A DNA stretch of 64,000 nucleotides, taken from assembly GCA_964365025.1 (NCBI GenBank), contig CAYIOJ010000001.1, positions 42,475-106,474 on the forward strand. Direction: 5' to 3'. The stretch is from an uncultured Gammaproteobacteria bacterium (lineage in GTDB: Bacteria > Patescibacteriota > Patescibacteriia > Magasanikbacterales > UBA10003). The notes below the pieces were generated by a model. The model ran no database searches, had not been told where the DNA came from, and saw only the letters and a list, made by a program, of their open reading frames with translations. Shown in pieces: positions 1 through 9,008 of the stretch (position 1 is its first letter; each line of letters starts with the position of its first letter). A program made the translations under genes and the position numbers.

Positions 1-38
1 CGAGCAAGGTTCCCACGCAGTGGGCAACCAATAGCCCC

Positions 39-677
39 GTGCCGGTTGGCTGGATGTGCCAATTCCGGTATTTCCTCAAACTCTACAACATGATCAAGGG
101 TGTCCGGGGAGATTTCGTAGAGTGCGGACTCGGTGAGGGCAACACCTTCGCCATGCTCGCCTACTTCATCGGCAGCGAAGATAACCAGCTGTCGCGGACA
201 CTCTGGGGCTTCGATTCATTCGAGGGTTGGCCAGAGCCCGCCGCTTCGGACGCTTCGCCCCGCAACCCCCAAAAAGGTGAGTGGAAGGTTAATGAAGGAA
301 TGATCAGACAAAGGTTCGAGGAATCAGGGATATACAAAGGATTCCCCGACCTTGACGTCAGGATCACCAAGGGATTTTTCAACGTAACCCTGCCCTACTT
401 CCCGGCGCGCCAAATCGCGTTCCTTCACATCGACGCCGACCTCTATCCAGGATATCACGACGCTCTGATCAACCTGTTCCCAAACGTATCGGTTGGTGGA
501 ATCGTCGCTTTCGACGAATACAAGGAGTTTCCCAACAAACCCGAATACGGGAACGGCCAAATCGAAAAATGGCCCGGCTGCACCAAGGCCGTGGACGAGT
601 ACTTCGAGGGTCGTCCGGAGAAGATCCAATACGACCCCGAGACAAAGAAGTATTTTGTCATGAAGGTTGCTCCGTAA
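39..677 (+). CDS. Class I SAM-dependent O-methyltransferase, TylF/MycF (macrocin O-methyltransferase) family. GTG start at 39, but the frame is open to the window edge, so it may be 5'-truncated.
   Basis: Motifs VECGLGEGNTFAML (SAM-binding GxGxG-like) and LHIDADLYPGYHDAL...GGIVAFDEY are typical of the TylF family. The region is GC-rich, unlike its neighbours. Confidence 0.6.
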   Translation: MPVGWMCQFRYFLKLYNMIKGVRGDFVECGLGEGNTFAMLAYFIGSEDNQLSRTLWGFDSFEGWPEPAASDASPRNPQKGEWKVNEGMIRQRFEESGIYKGFPDLDVRITKGFFNVTLPYFPARQIAFLHIDADLYPGYHDALINLFPNVSVGGIVAFDEYKEFPNKPEYGNGQIEKWPGCTKAVDEYFEGRPEKIQYDPETKKYFVMKVAP

Positions 678-716
678 CCGGGCCACCCCCATCGCCCTAG
701 CCAAGTAACTTTCGCA

Positions 717-747
717 GAGGACGTTCTAACAAAACGTCCTCTTTTTT
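717..747 (+). terminator. Rho-independent terminator: 9-bp perfect stem gaggacgtt/aacgtcctc, 7-nt loop, then a T6 run.
   Basis: Inverted repeat 717-725 / 733-741 followed by tttttt 742-747, directly after the stop of the 39..677 CDS. Confidence 0.6.
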
Positions 748-2416
748 ATTCCTTATACATTCCGGCCGACCATTTTTCAAGCAAAGGTTGGTTGGGGTCA
801 AGCATTAATTCACAGACAATCGGCCCTTGATGTTTCATTACTTTTTCTAACTTATCCAATTCGCTGTCATTGTTTATCCGTTCATAAGCCAATCCCCAGG
901 CCGGAATGAGTTTGCTATAATCCGGCAAGGTTACGCCTGACGACGGATCGGCGGCGGAAACTTTCTGGAAGAATGTTTGATGAGTATTTCTGATTGAGAA
1001 ATATCCGTTGTTGTTAAAAATAAAAATTTTTAGCGGCAACTGATGATGCGCAACTGTTTGCAATTCTTGAATGTTCATCATCAGCGAGCCGTCCCCTTCC
1101 ATACATACTACCGGCGTTTTACCTCCGGCGATGCTGGCGCCAATGGCCATCGGCAAGCCAGAACCCATATGCCCAAGTCCGGCGTTGGTAAGAAATCTCT
1201 TTCCGCGCGCGATTTTTAACACTTGATGAGAAGACAAACTGGCCATACCATTGGCAGTAGCTACATCCATTTTTATCGGCCATTTATTTAATTCATCGAA
1301 AAAATTGAAAACATTAAGATATTTTTTGTCGCAAGGATATTTTTCCGCGTTAATCGGCTCGGTTTTTACTTCCCAACGGTTTAATTTAATGTCTTGTGTA
1401 TAAAGTTCTTCTAAAAATTCTTTCGCGTCGCAATGAATCGGAACATCTATTTTAAGAGTCTCTTTTCTCATTTCATTCTCATCAATATCCACCATTATTT
1501 TCACCGCCTGCGTCGCGAACTTCGCGTAATCCCAAGAAACCTGCGTCAACTGCATGCGCTCTCCCACAATTAACAACACATCACAATTATCAATAACGAT
1601 GTTTGCTGACTTGTTCCCCCACATCCCCTGTCGACCTAAATAATACGGATAATCATAGGTGATAAGATCGTCAGCGGTAAAAATTGGAGTAATTGCGTTA
1701 ATTTGCAATTTCTCCAAAACTTTCCATAAAATTTCCTCGCCTCCGGCCAAACGGATGCCATTACCGGCCATAAGCAAAGGCCTTTTGGCATTTGTGAGAA
1801 ACTGGACCACTTTTTTAATTGTCGCCAAATCTAAATTGGTTGTCTCTCCAATCTCTGACGGGTCAAACGATTTTAAACCATCTGGTTCTATCTCTGTTGC
1901 TTGGACATCCAAAGGGATTTCCACAAAAACCGGACCAGGACGACCGTGTTTAGATAAATAGACTGCTTTTTCCAAATGATAACGAATTTCTTTCTCATTT
2001 TCCACGCTGACCGTGTATTTAGTGATTGGCTTGACAATATCAATAACATTAAGTTCTTGAAAACCGATTGCTCTGACAACCGGAACGTTGTTTTGGCGCG
2101 GCGTGATACTTGCTCGTTTGACTTGCCCGGCAATAACTAACATCGGGATACTATCCAACCACGCGCCGGCAATGCCGGTTACCGCGTTTGTCCCGCCAGG
2201 GCCGGTCGTAATCAAAGCAACCCCTGGTGAATTTTTAATGCGCCCATAACCTTCTGCCGCGATGGCAACCGCCTGTTCGTGATGACAACAATAAGCTTTC
2301 AAGTCTGATTTGCCGAGCGAATCCACCAAATGCATAATGCCGCCGCCGGAAACCAAAAAAACCGAATCCGCTACGTTATTTTTTATGAATTGAAAAACGT
2401 AATCACTTAACTTCAT
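746..2416 (-). CDS. Thiamine-pyrophosphate-dependent enzyme, acetolactate-synthase large-subunit-like (ALS / YerE-like).
   Basis: 556 aa with three-domain ALS-like architecture. It has the N-terminal TPP-Pyr motif GGGIMHLVD and the C-terminal TPP-binding GDGS motif (MEGDGSLMMNIQEL). Confidence 0.6.
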   Translation of the reverse strand: MKLSDYVFQFIKNNVADSVFLVSGGGIMHLVDSLGKSDLKAYCCHHEQAVAIAAEGYGRIKNSPGVALITTGPGGTNAVTGIAGAWLDSIPMLVIAGQVKRASITPRQNNVPVVRAIGFQELNVIDIVKPITKYTVSVENEKEIRYHLEKAVYLSKHGRPGPVFVEIPLDVQATEIEPDGLKSFDPSEIGETTNLDLATIKKVVQFLTNAKRPLLMAGNGIRLAGGEEILWKVLEKLQINAITPIFTADDLITYDYPYYLGRQGMWGNKSANIVIDNCDVLLIVGERMQLTQVSWDYAKFATQAVKIMVDIDENEMRKETLKIDVPIHCDAKEFLEELYTQDIKLNRWEVKTEPINAEKYPCDKKYLNVFNFFDELNKWPIKMDVATANGMASLSSHQVLKIARGKRFLTNAGLGHMGSGLPMAIGASIAGGKTPVVCMEGDGSLMMNIQELQTVAHHQLPLKIFIFNNNGYFSIRNTHQTFFQKVSAADPSSGVTLPDYSKLIPAWGLAYERINNDSELDKLEKVMKHQGPIVCELMLDPNQPLLEKWSAGMYKE

Positions 2417-2426
2417 ATATTTTTAT

Positions 2427-3383
2427 TTAATTATCTTTATACAAGTTTGAGATCCCCATAATTACAATCCCAATAAAGATTATTATTGCCCCGCTGATTC
2501 TAAATGGACGGGTATTTTGTTTAAAGACAATTAACACAAAAAAAATGGACCACAAGGCATCAATTCTTTTTAAAGTTCCTACCACGACAGCTGTTGGTAT
2601 TAAAGTATAAGCCACGCCCTGAAACCCATTGGCTATACCAAAACACAACCCCGCAATAGCCAACAACCAAATCGTTTCTTGTTTCCAGACCAAACTTTTC
2701 TTTTCTGTTAAAACGACTTCCGGTCTAGTCGGTCTTAGCCAGCCGTAAACAGTATAAAATAATCCCCACCCCACTAAAAGGGTAATGCCCGGGGCCAACA
2801 TGCTGTTGGTGTGAAGTATATTTAATTTATCAAAAGGAACTGATATTCCCGCGCTAACACCGGCAATGATCGCGAACACCAACCAATCTTTCCACTCGCG
2901 AATTATACGCTTAATCGGGCCTGTAACGCTGGAATTATTACTTTCTTTATAAAATGCATAAACACCAAATAAAGTGACAAAAATTCCAATAACGCCCGAT
3001 ATGTTTGGCATCTCATTCAACAACAATTTTCCAACAAACAAAGTAATAATTGGACCAAAAACTTGCACTTGCGGACCTACCGCCGGATCTGTTTTTTCCA
3101 GCGCCCCGAACCAACAATAAGCAATAATTATGTTTAAGACTACGGCAATGAAGAAACTGCCAAGAATCTTAATTGAAAAAAATCCCGTCGGAATTCCATA
3201 AAAGACAAAAGACAAAGAAATTAACATTATCCCCGCCACTAAACCAGATACTGCGCGAATAACCGAAGAATTTACTCCTTTATTTAAAATAATTTTTTGA
3301 ATATTCCACCACAACCCCATTAATGCCCCGTAACCGAAAATAACGAAAACAAATCCGAGTAATATTTTGAAAGAAATTGCCAT
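2427..3383 (-). CDS. Polytopic membrane protein, DMT/EamA-like permease (about 10 TM).
   Basis: 318 aa, hydrophobic helices throughout, two-halves organisation typical of EamA transporters. Confidence 0.4.
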   Translation of the reverse strand: MAISFKILLGFVFVIFGYGALMGLWWNIQKIILNKGVNSSVIRAVSGLVAGIMLISLSFVFYGIPTGFFSIKILGSFFIAVVLNIIIAYCWFGALEKTDPAVGPQVQVFGPIITLFVGKLLLNEMPNISGVIGIFVTLFGVYAFYKESNNSSVTGPIKRIIREWKDWLVFAIIAGVSAGISVPFDKLNILHTNSMLAPGITLLVGWGLFYTVYGWLRPTRPEVVLTEKKSLVWKQETIWLLAIAGLCFGIANGFQGVAYTLIPTAVVVGTLKRIDALWSIFFVLIVFKQNTRPFRISGAIIIFIGIVIMGISNLYKDN

Positions 3384-3385
3384 TA

Positions 3386-4309
3386 CTATGAGATTAAAAA
3401 TTCAATGGCTTTATAAACTCGGTCAACGGGCGACGCCTCATTGTCCAACAAAACATACGGTGGTTTTTCCATCTCTGGTTTAATGTCGGCGAACTCGTCT
3501 GAATTGGTAAAACTGTACGGAAAGCTCAAAAGCCCGGCGTCGTTGCCAACCGGCATATCGCCAAAAGTCGCCACCTGATTTGATTCCAATCCTAAAAGTT
3601 TCAAAACAGACTTAATCGCTACCGTTTTACTGTCTTCTTCCAATTTTCTGGTGATATGAACATAAGTATCATCACCGGCGACCGCGCGATAGACCTCGCC
3701 AAGAGCTTGGTTAAGCTTGGCCACGACTGGCGCGTGTAAAGATTTATCTTTGGGTAAAACAAATGTGACTTTGGCCTGCTCGGTAAAAAATTCGCCATCA
3801 TATGGTCGGCAGACATCAATCATTTCCGCTGGAACATAACCATCCCAAGAATCTTGTAGAAATTTTTTAAAGGTCTCCAATCCTTTTTCCGCCAAGTCGG
3901 CCCGGCTGATGCTCAATTTTTTATAAACATCCTGGCCGACTTCGGCCGCTTGCTTAACTTGCGACAATTCAAAACCGTGATTGTAAATCTCCACCAGTTC
4001 ATTCTTTTTTACTTCATAAAGAGTGGTGCCGTTGCCCCCGGCGACAAAGCTGGGCACGGACACATTTTCCCGATTTAACAACTCTTGCAATGGCGGTACA
4101 AGAACTTTAACGGCCGTGGCGGCGCGGGCGGTAATAAAAGCCACGGATTTATCTTTGGCCAAAATCTTTTCCACCAAACCAAACACTTGCGGCTGTTTAT
4201 GCGTGGTGTCGCTTACTGTCCCATCATAATCCAAACCAAACAATTTAATCAACGGCTTGGCCTCTTCCAATTTGACCCGGGCCAATTCCTTGTGTGCTGT
4301 AATATCCAT
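3386..4309 (-). CDS. HAD-superfamily (subfamily IIB-like) hydrolase / sugar-phosphate phosphatase.
   Basis: N-terminal DxDGT motif (GLDYDGTVSD) and C-terminal FGDMPVGNDAGLL (motif IV GDxxND). Confidence 0.55.
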   Translation of the reverse strand: MDITAHKELARVKLEEAKPLIKLFGLDYDGTVSDTTHKQPQVFGLVEKILAKDKSVAFITARAATAVKVLVPPLQELLNRENVSVPSFVAGGNGTTLYEVKKNELVEIYNHGFELSQVKQAAEVGQDVYKKLSISRADLAEKGLETFKKFLQDSWDGYVPAEMIDVCRPYDGEFFTEQAKVTFVLPKDKSLHAPVVAKLNQALGEVYRAVAGDDTYVHITRKLEEDSKTVAIKSVLKLLGLESNQVATFGDMPVGNDAGLLSFPYSFTNSDEFADIKPEMEKPPYVLLDNEASPVDRVYKAIEFLIS

Positions 4310-4318
4310 ATATAAAAA

Positions 4319-5860
4319 TTAAACAATCCAATAAGTTAACACGGTTTTACGATTTTGATTTTTCATTATTTCCGGGTCTTCATAATAAGAGTCGCCCGGA
4401 ATGTGGGTAGTGGAAACTTCTTCAAAAATACATCCGTTTTTGGTGGTAAATGAATGATTAACACCGCGCTCCACCACTACGATATCGCCCGCTTTGCTTT
4501 CCAATAGTTTGCCATCCAAATTAAATGTGACGTCGCCGTACAAAACATTAAACGTCTCTTCTTTCACTTTGTGAAAATGCGCAGGATGTCGCTGGCCAGA
4601 TAAAACTATGATCAACTTTTTACAATATTCCCGATTGATACAGCTGGCGATGCTGGCTCCGATTTCATAAAATCTGTCCAAACCATAATGGTGCGAAAGC
4701 TCAAAATTCCATTTATTGGAAAAAGGGATATTGGCCTGGCGCAGGAGCTTATTGACTTTTTCAACCGCTTCGTAAACTTTTTCCCGAGCGTCCAGTTGGC
4801 TCACATCGGCCGCCAAAATCGGCTCGTTCTTTTTAAAATCCTTCAAGGCGTTCAAAATCATATACTTTGACATTCCATTGGCCAAAACTTGTCCTGCCTG
4901 ATTAGGAAACGCGAAAAAAGTATTTTTTACCTCCACCCGTTCCCCCGCTTTAATATCGCTGACGGCAAAAACCCCCCGTTGGAACTGACGGATATCAGCC
5001 AGCTCTTGCTGGGCAAATTCATGCCGTTGGCCAGCCACCCCGCAATAAATATAAGCCTCCCGCGCCGCTTCCAGCCACTTTCTAATTTGTTCGGGAGTGG
5101 CTGAATAAGCGTTGATTGGATACTTCTCACTTTTTATCGCCACATGCTTTTCAAAAAACCCCGCCCTCTTGGCCACAGCCAATTTAACGGCTTCAAAATT
5201 ATCCGGCGACTCGTGTGTGGAAAATCCAATCACCACCTCAGGGTATCGTTTTTTTAATAAACTTATCTGATTAAGTTGTAGCTGATCTGCCGGCGTGGGA
5301 TATTGCCCCACGCAATGCATGATGGCAAATTTTTTATTCCGGTGCTGAAAAAAACTAACCACCTTGTCAATGTCTTCAATCTTTGCGCCGCCGATAGAAG
5401 CTACAATGGGCTTATCGGTTTGAATAATTTGTTCCAGGAGCGGCCAATCAGTAAATGAACAACTGGCCACTTTAATGATGTCGTAACCGTGCTTGACAAT
5501 ATTTTCCACCGATTTCTCGTCAAACGGAGTACAAATGGTAATAAAACCGAGTTTCTGCGCTTCGTTTTTCAATTTCAACACATCTTCTTCGCTTAATTTT
5601 GTTTCAGAAAAACGTTTAACATATTTTAAATCCATTCGATTTTTGTAATCTGGGTGAATAAAGGTGTCCAAATCTCGATATTGGAATTTAAAAGCAAAAT
5701 TCCAGCCCAAAACGAAAAAATCTTTAACCACTTCGTGAATGTCTCTGATAATTTTTAGCCCGTGCTCCACATCGCCCATGTGATTATTGGCCATTTCAAA
5801 AATAAAAAGCGGGCTGGCGAATTTTTCTTGACATTGATTAAAAATTTGGTCGATTTTCAT
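4319..5860 (-). CDS. NeuB/PseI-family ulosonic (sialic-like) acid synthase fused to a C-terminal cupin domain.
   Basis: N-terminus IFEMANNHMGDVEHGLKII...FKFQ matches the NeuB TIM-barrel signature (AEIGxNHxG...KFQ). A SAF-like segment (VSDIKAGERVE) follows. The C-terminal 120 aa carry a two-His cupin motif (GQRHPAHFHKVKEETFNVLYGD). Confidence 0.6.
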   Translation of the reverse strand: MKIDQIFNQCQEKFASPLFIFEMANNHMGDVEHGLKIIRDIHEVVKDFFVLGWNFAFKFQYRDLDTFIHPDYKNRMDLKYVKRFSETKLSEEDVLKLKNEAQKLGFITICTPFDEKSVENIVKHGYDIIKVASCSFTDWPLLEQIIQTDKPIVASIGGAKIEDIDKVVSFFQHRNKKFAIMHCVGQYPTPADQLQLNQISLLKKRYPEVVIGFSTHESPDNFEAVKLAVAKRAGFFEKHVAIKSEKYPINAYSATPEQIRKWLEAAREAYIYCGVAGQRHEFAQQELADIRQFQRGVFAVSDIKAGERVEVKNTFFAFPNQAGQVLANGMSKYMILNALKDFKKNEPILAADVSQLDAREKVYEAVEKVNKLLRQANIPFSNKWNFELSHHYGLDRFYEIGASIASCINREYCKKLIIVLSGQRHPAHFHKVKEETFNVLYGDVTFNLDGKLLESKAGDIVVVERGVNHSFTTKNGCIFEEVSTTHIPGDSYYEDPEIMKNQNRKTVLTYWIV

Positions 5861-5870
5861 ATTATTGATT

Positions 5871-6812
5871 CTATTGGCTTAAAATGTATTTTGATTCCAT
5901 TTTAATTGTTTCAAAAGAACCAAATTTAGGATGATAACCCAAATTGTTAATTTTACCATACTTTGAATAATAAATGCTTTTTGCTCCTGTTGCGCTCTCA
6001 CTACTCACGGATGTGTCCATTTGAAACATTAAACCGTATTTTCGAACAAAATAATCAACCACTTCTCTTTTCTCCACTGGCCTGGCACTCATAACATCAA
6101 AAGCTCCATTAATATGGCTCGCGGCTAAACACTTCATAACCACAACAAAAAGATCGTCTGGATGAACATAATCACGAATAATATTTTGATTATCAGTGAC
6201 AAAAACTTTCTTTTTCAAGATGCAGGATAATAGTTCGGTAATAAAATACCCATCCGTCAAGTCAATAAACCGACTAAAATAAGAAAAGAGCCTAAGATCC
6301 ACAATGTTCAAATCAGCGAATGCTCTGTGTTTGGCCTCGGCATTGAGCCTGGCAATCGCATAATAGTCTTCTTTATTTATGTGATTAACACTTATACAAT
6401 TTGTCGTATTTTCTCTTGCTGGCGCCGAAAAAACTTTACCATAGACCGCTCCGCTGCTGAAACTTATATAAAGCGTCTTGGGATGGTTGCGACGCAAATA
6501 CGCTATAACCAGATTATCGTATTCTTCGGTTATTGTAAAATATGCCGCATAATCGCCTTTATGTTTGTTAATGGTGCCAATACCAACGCAGTTAATCACC
6601 ACATCGTAATCGCGGTTAGGAAAATCCGCAAATCCATTATAAATAAAACGGTCTTTTCCTTCACACTTGCCAATGGCAACTAAAAAATCGTTTACCTTAT
6701 CGGCCGAGCGCGCATACAAATGCAAACAAAATTCCTCGCTTTGTAAAAAGTTATAAATTAACCCTTTGGCGATATGAGATGTAGCGCCCAAAATGGCGAT
6801 ATTTTTTTTCAT
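5871..6812 (-). CDS. NAD(P)-dependent epimerase/dehydratase/reductase (extended SDR) family protein.
   Basis: N-terminal Rossmann motif IAILGATSHIAKGL; 313 aa. Confidence 0.45.
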   Translation of the reverse strand: MKKNIAILGATSHIAKGLIYNFLQSEEFCLHLYARSADKVNDFLVAIGKCEGKDRFIYNGFADFPNRDYDVVINCVGIGTINKHKGDYAAYFTITEEYDNLVIAYLRRNHPKTLYISFSSGAVYGKVFSAPARENTTNCISVNHINKEDYYAIARLNAEAKHRAFADLNIVDLRLFSYFSRFIDLTDGYFITELLSCILKKKVFVTDNQNIIRDYVHPDDLFVVVMKCLAASHINGAFDVMSARPVEKREVVDYFVRKYGLMFQMDTSVSSESATGAKSIYYSKYGKINNLGYHPKFGSFETIKMESKYILSQ

Positions 6813-8008
6813 CAGTAAAGCGTTATTATCTCGTTATTTAATTTTAAAACCTCTCTGATTTGATGAATAATTTCTTCTTGATAAGAATGCGAAGAAATAA
6901 AAACCGGAACGCCTTCTTTAATCGCTTCTGGCGGTTTCACTTCTAGCCCTTTTATTTTTTTGCCGGCGTATCTTTTATTTGAATCGACAAAAAATAGTAT
7001 CTTGGACAAATCCAAACCGCTGCCTATAAGTCTCTGGGTGTGGGTACCCACGCCCCAAATAATTATTTTATCTTTACCTGACAACTTCTCCTGAATAATT
7101 TGATTAAGAGTTAAATCCATTGCTAAGCATTTTGTGATGTACTCTCTTACACGCGGCTCGCTGATGTCGTCCCGAACTATTTTTAACGTCTCTTCCGCTG
7201 TCTTTTTTGACAAACTGAGAATTTCCGTATCAACAGCGTTATTCAACTTGTGCTCATCCTGTCGAACCGCAATCTCTTCAAATGAAAATCGCGACAATAA
7301 ATTTTTTATGGAATATCGTGAAAAATAATTGATATGCTCCGTGCTGAATTGTTGAAATGGCGCTGAAACGAATAAAGAAAACTTTTCCGCGTTTGGAACG
7401 GCTATAAACAACAAACCATTTTCGTTTAACAATGATCTAATTTTTTGCATTGAATAATCAAAATCAACCAAATGCTCTAAAACCGCGGATAAAATAATCA
7501 AATCAAATTTTTCTATAGAATTAAAATTATAAACTGTATCGGTCGTCACTGTAATATCATATAATTCTTTAGCTGTTTTAGAACACTCCGATGATGGGTC
7601 AATGCCAAAAATGTTTGAATACCCGTTTAATTTAAAAATTGACAGCAAGCTACCCGTTGAACAGCCTATATCTAAAATTTTGGCATTTTTATTTTGCACG
7701 CGTGGCGCTAAAAAATTAAATATTTTCGTAAAATAGTCAACATATTCCTTTGAAACCCGCCCGCCCTGATAACTAAACTCATACTTAGACATGGCGGCGT
7801 AATAACCGTCGAAGTCAGCTTGTAACGGAATCCCGTCCGCAAAAACGAACCCGCATTTATCGCATACGACCACATCGTAACCGTCCATCAAAAAAATAGT
7901 CTTGTCACTAAACTTTTGTCTAAAAAGTAGCACTTTTTCTAAACAAGAACAGATGGGGCAAGCCCGACTCTTATTGCTGAGCATAAAATTTTTTGAGTCT
8001 CTCGACAT
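6812..8008 (-). CDS. NDP-hexose C-methyltransferase-like (TylCIII architecture: Zn-ribbon + class I MTase + C-terminal domain).
   Basis: N-terminal CPICSC...CDKCGF zinc ribbon, SAM motif ILDIGCSTGSLL and a ~120-aa C-terminal extension, 398 aa total. A likely alternative start (MLSNKS, about 7984) reduces the overlap with the upstream gene. Confidence 0.55.
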   Translation of the reverse strand: MSRDSKNFMLSNKSRACPICSCLEKVLLFRQKFSDKTIFLMDGYDVVVCDKCGFVFADGIPLQADFDGYYAAMSKYEFSYQGGRVSKEYVDYFTKIFNFLAPRVQNKNAKILDIGCSTGSLLSIFKLNGYSNIFGIDPSSECSKTAKELYDITVTTDTVYNFNSIEKFDLIILSAVLEHLVDFDYSMQKIRSLLNENGLLFIAVPNAEKFSLFVSAPFQQFSTEHINYFSRYSIKNLLSRFSFEEIAVRQDEHKLNNAVDTEILSLSKKTAEETLKIVRDDISEPRVREYITKCLAMDLTLNQIIQEKLSGKDKIIIWGVGTHTQRLIGSGLDLSKILFFVDSNKRYAGKKIKGLEVKPPEAIKEGVPVFISSHSYQEEIIHQIREVLKLNNEIITLY

Positions 8009-8993
8009 CGTTTTTCAAATCATCTTCCGGAAAAAACCTGTATTTAATGATATTGCATTCCGCGCAAGTCTGACAAACATTTTTAGCGCCATCAAGCATT
8101 TTTTTTCTAAATTCTTGGAATTTCTGTCCGTTCCAAATATCGCGCACCGACTGACTGTTGCAGTCTCCCATAGTTGCCGGATATTCAAAAGAATAGCAAG
8201 GCACGACTTTCCCGTCCGGATTTATCTGCATATGAAAAAATGGCTGGGGACAAACAGGCATGTCAAAAACCGGTAATCCAAATTGTGTCACTTGTGTTTC
8301 TTTATCTTTTAAAACATTTTTATAATCTATTCCCGCGTGAATCGGGACAGTATGCTCAATCGCCATAGTGTCACAAATATCTTCAAATAATTCGTAAAAT
8401 CTTTTTTCATCCTTTTTATCATCTACAGCCGTGTCTACAATTTTAATATAAACATGGGCTTTATTTTTGTTCTGATAAAAATATTTCAAATTGCCAATAA
8501 ATTTATCAAAATCAAGATTGACGCCACAAACTTTTTTATACTTTTCTCGAGTCGTTCCCTGAACGGAAACAACCAACCTAGTGAGTCCGGCCGCCAAAAG
8601 CGCGTCAGAAATTTGTGGAGTGAGAAGAAAAGCGTTTGTTAAAATTTCAATTGTATTGGCTATATTTTTTTTAGCTGTGCACCTAACCATTTCAACTATG
8701 TCTTTGTGTAAAAGAGGCTCGCCGATCCCAACGAAACGAATAACTTTAATTTTATTGGGGAAGGTGGTCATTTCATCCACGCATTTCTTATACAAATTTA
8801 AATCCATCATTACTTTATCTGAAATAAATCCCCGTTTTGCCGTGTCTATGGAAAAAATACAATAACAACACTTAAACACGCAGGCATATACTGGAAAGAT
8901 CTGCACAACAAATGGAGTATTCAATGGAAGAGCGTCTGCGAGCTTGGTCCTCTTCCCTCCCGGGGCTTGACCGCTGATATCTTTAGCCTTCAT
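7971..8993 (-). CDS. Radical SAM enzyme with C-terminal SPASM-like Cys-rich domain.
   Basis: CxxxCxxC motif in VYACVFKCCYCIF. C-terminal cysteines CPQPFF...VVPCYSF...CNSQSVRDIW...CQTCAEC resemble a SPASM domain. Confidence 0.65.
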   Translation of the reverse strand: MKAKDISGQAPGGKRTKLADALPLNTPFVVQIFPVYACVFKCCYCIFSIDTAKRGFISDKVMMDLNLYKKCVDEMTTFPNKIKVIRFVGIGEPLLHKDIVEMVRCTAKKNIANTIEILTNAFLLTPQISDALLAAGLTRLVVSVQGTTREKYKKVCGVNLDFDKFIGNLKYFYQNKNKAHVYIKIVDTAVDDKKDEKRFYELFEDICDTMAIEHTVPIHAGIDYKNVLKDKETQVTQFGLPVFDMPVCPQPFFHMQINPDGKVVPCYSFEYPATMGDCNSQSVRDIWNGQKFQEFRKKMLDGAKNVCQTCAECNIIKYRFFPEDDLKNDVERLKKFYAQQ

Positions 8994-9008
8994 AAAAAAA
9001 TTTTATAA

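Noticed and set aside
1659-2133. Internal ORFs 1659..1961(+) and 1888..2133(-) within the TPP-enzyme gene.
   Set aside because: They lie inside, and out of frame or antisense to, a well-supported 556-aa ALS-like CDS.
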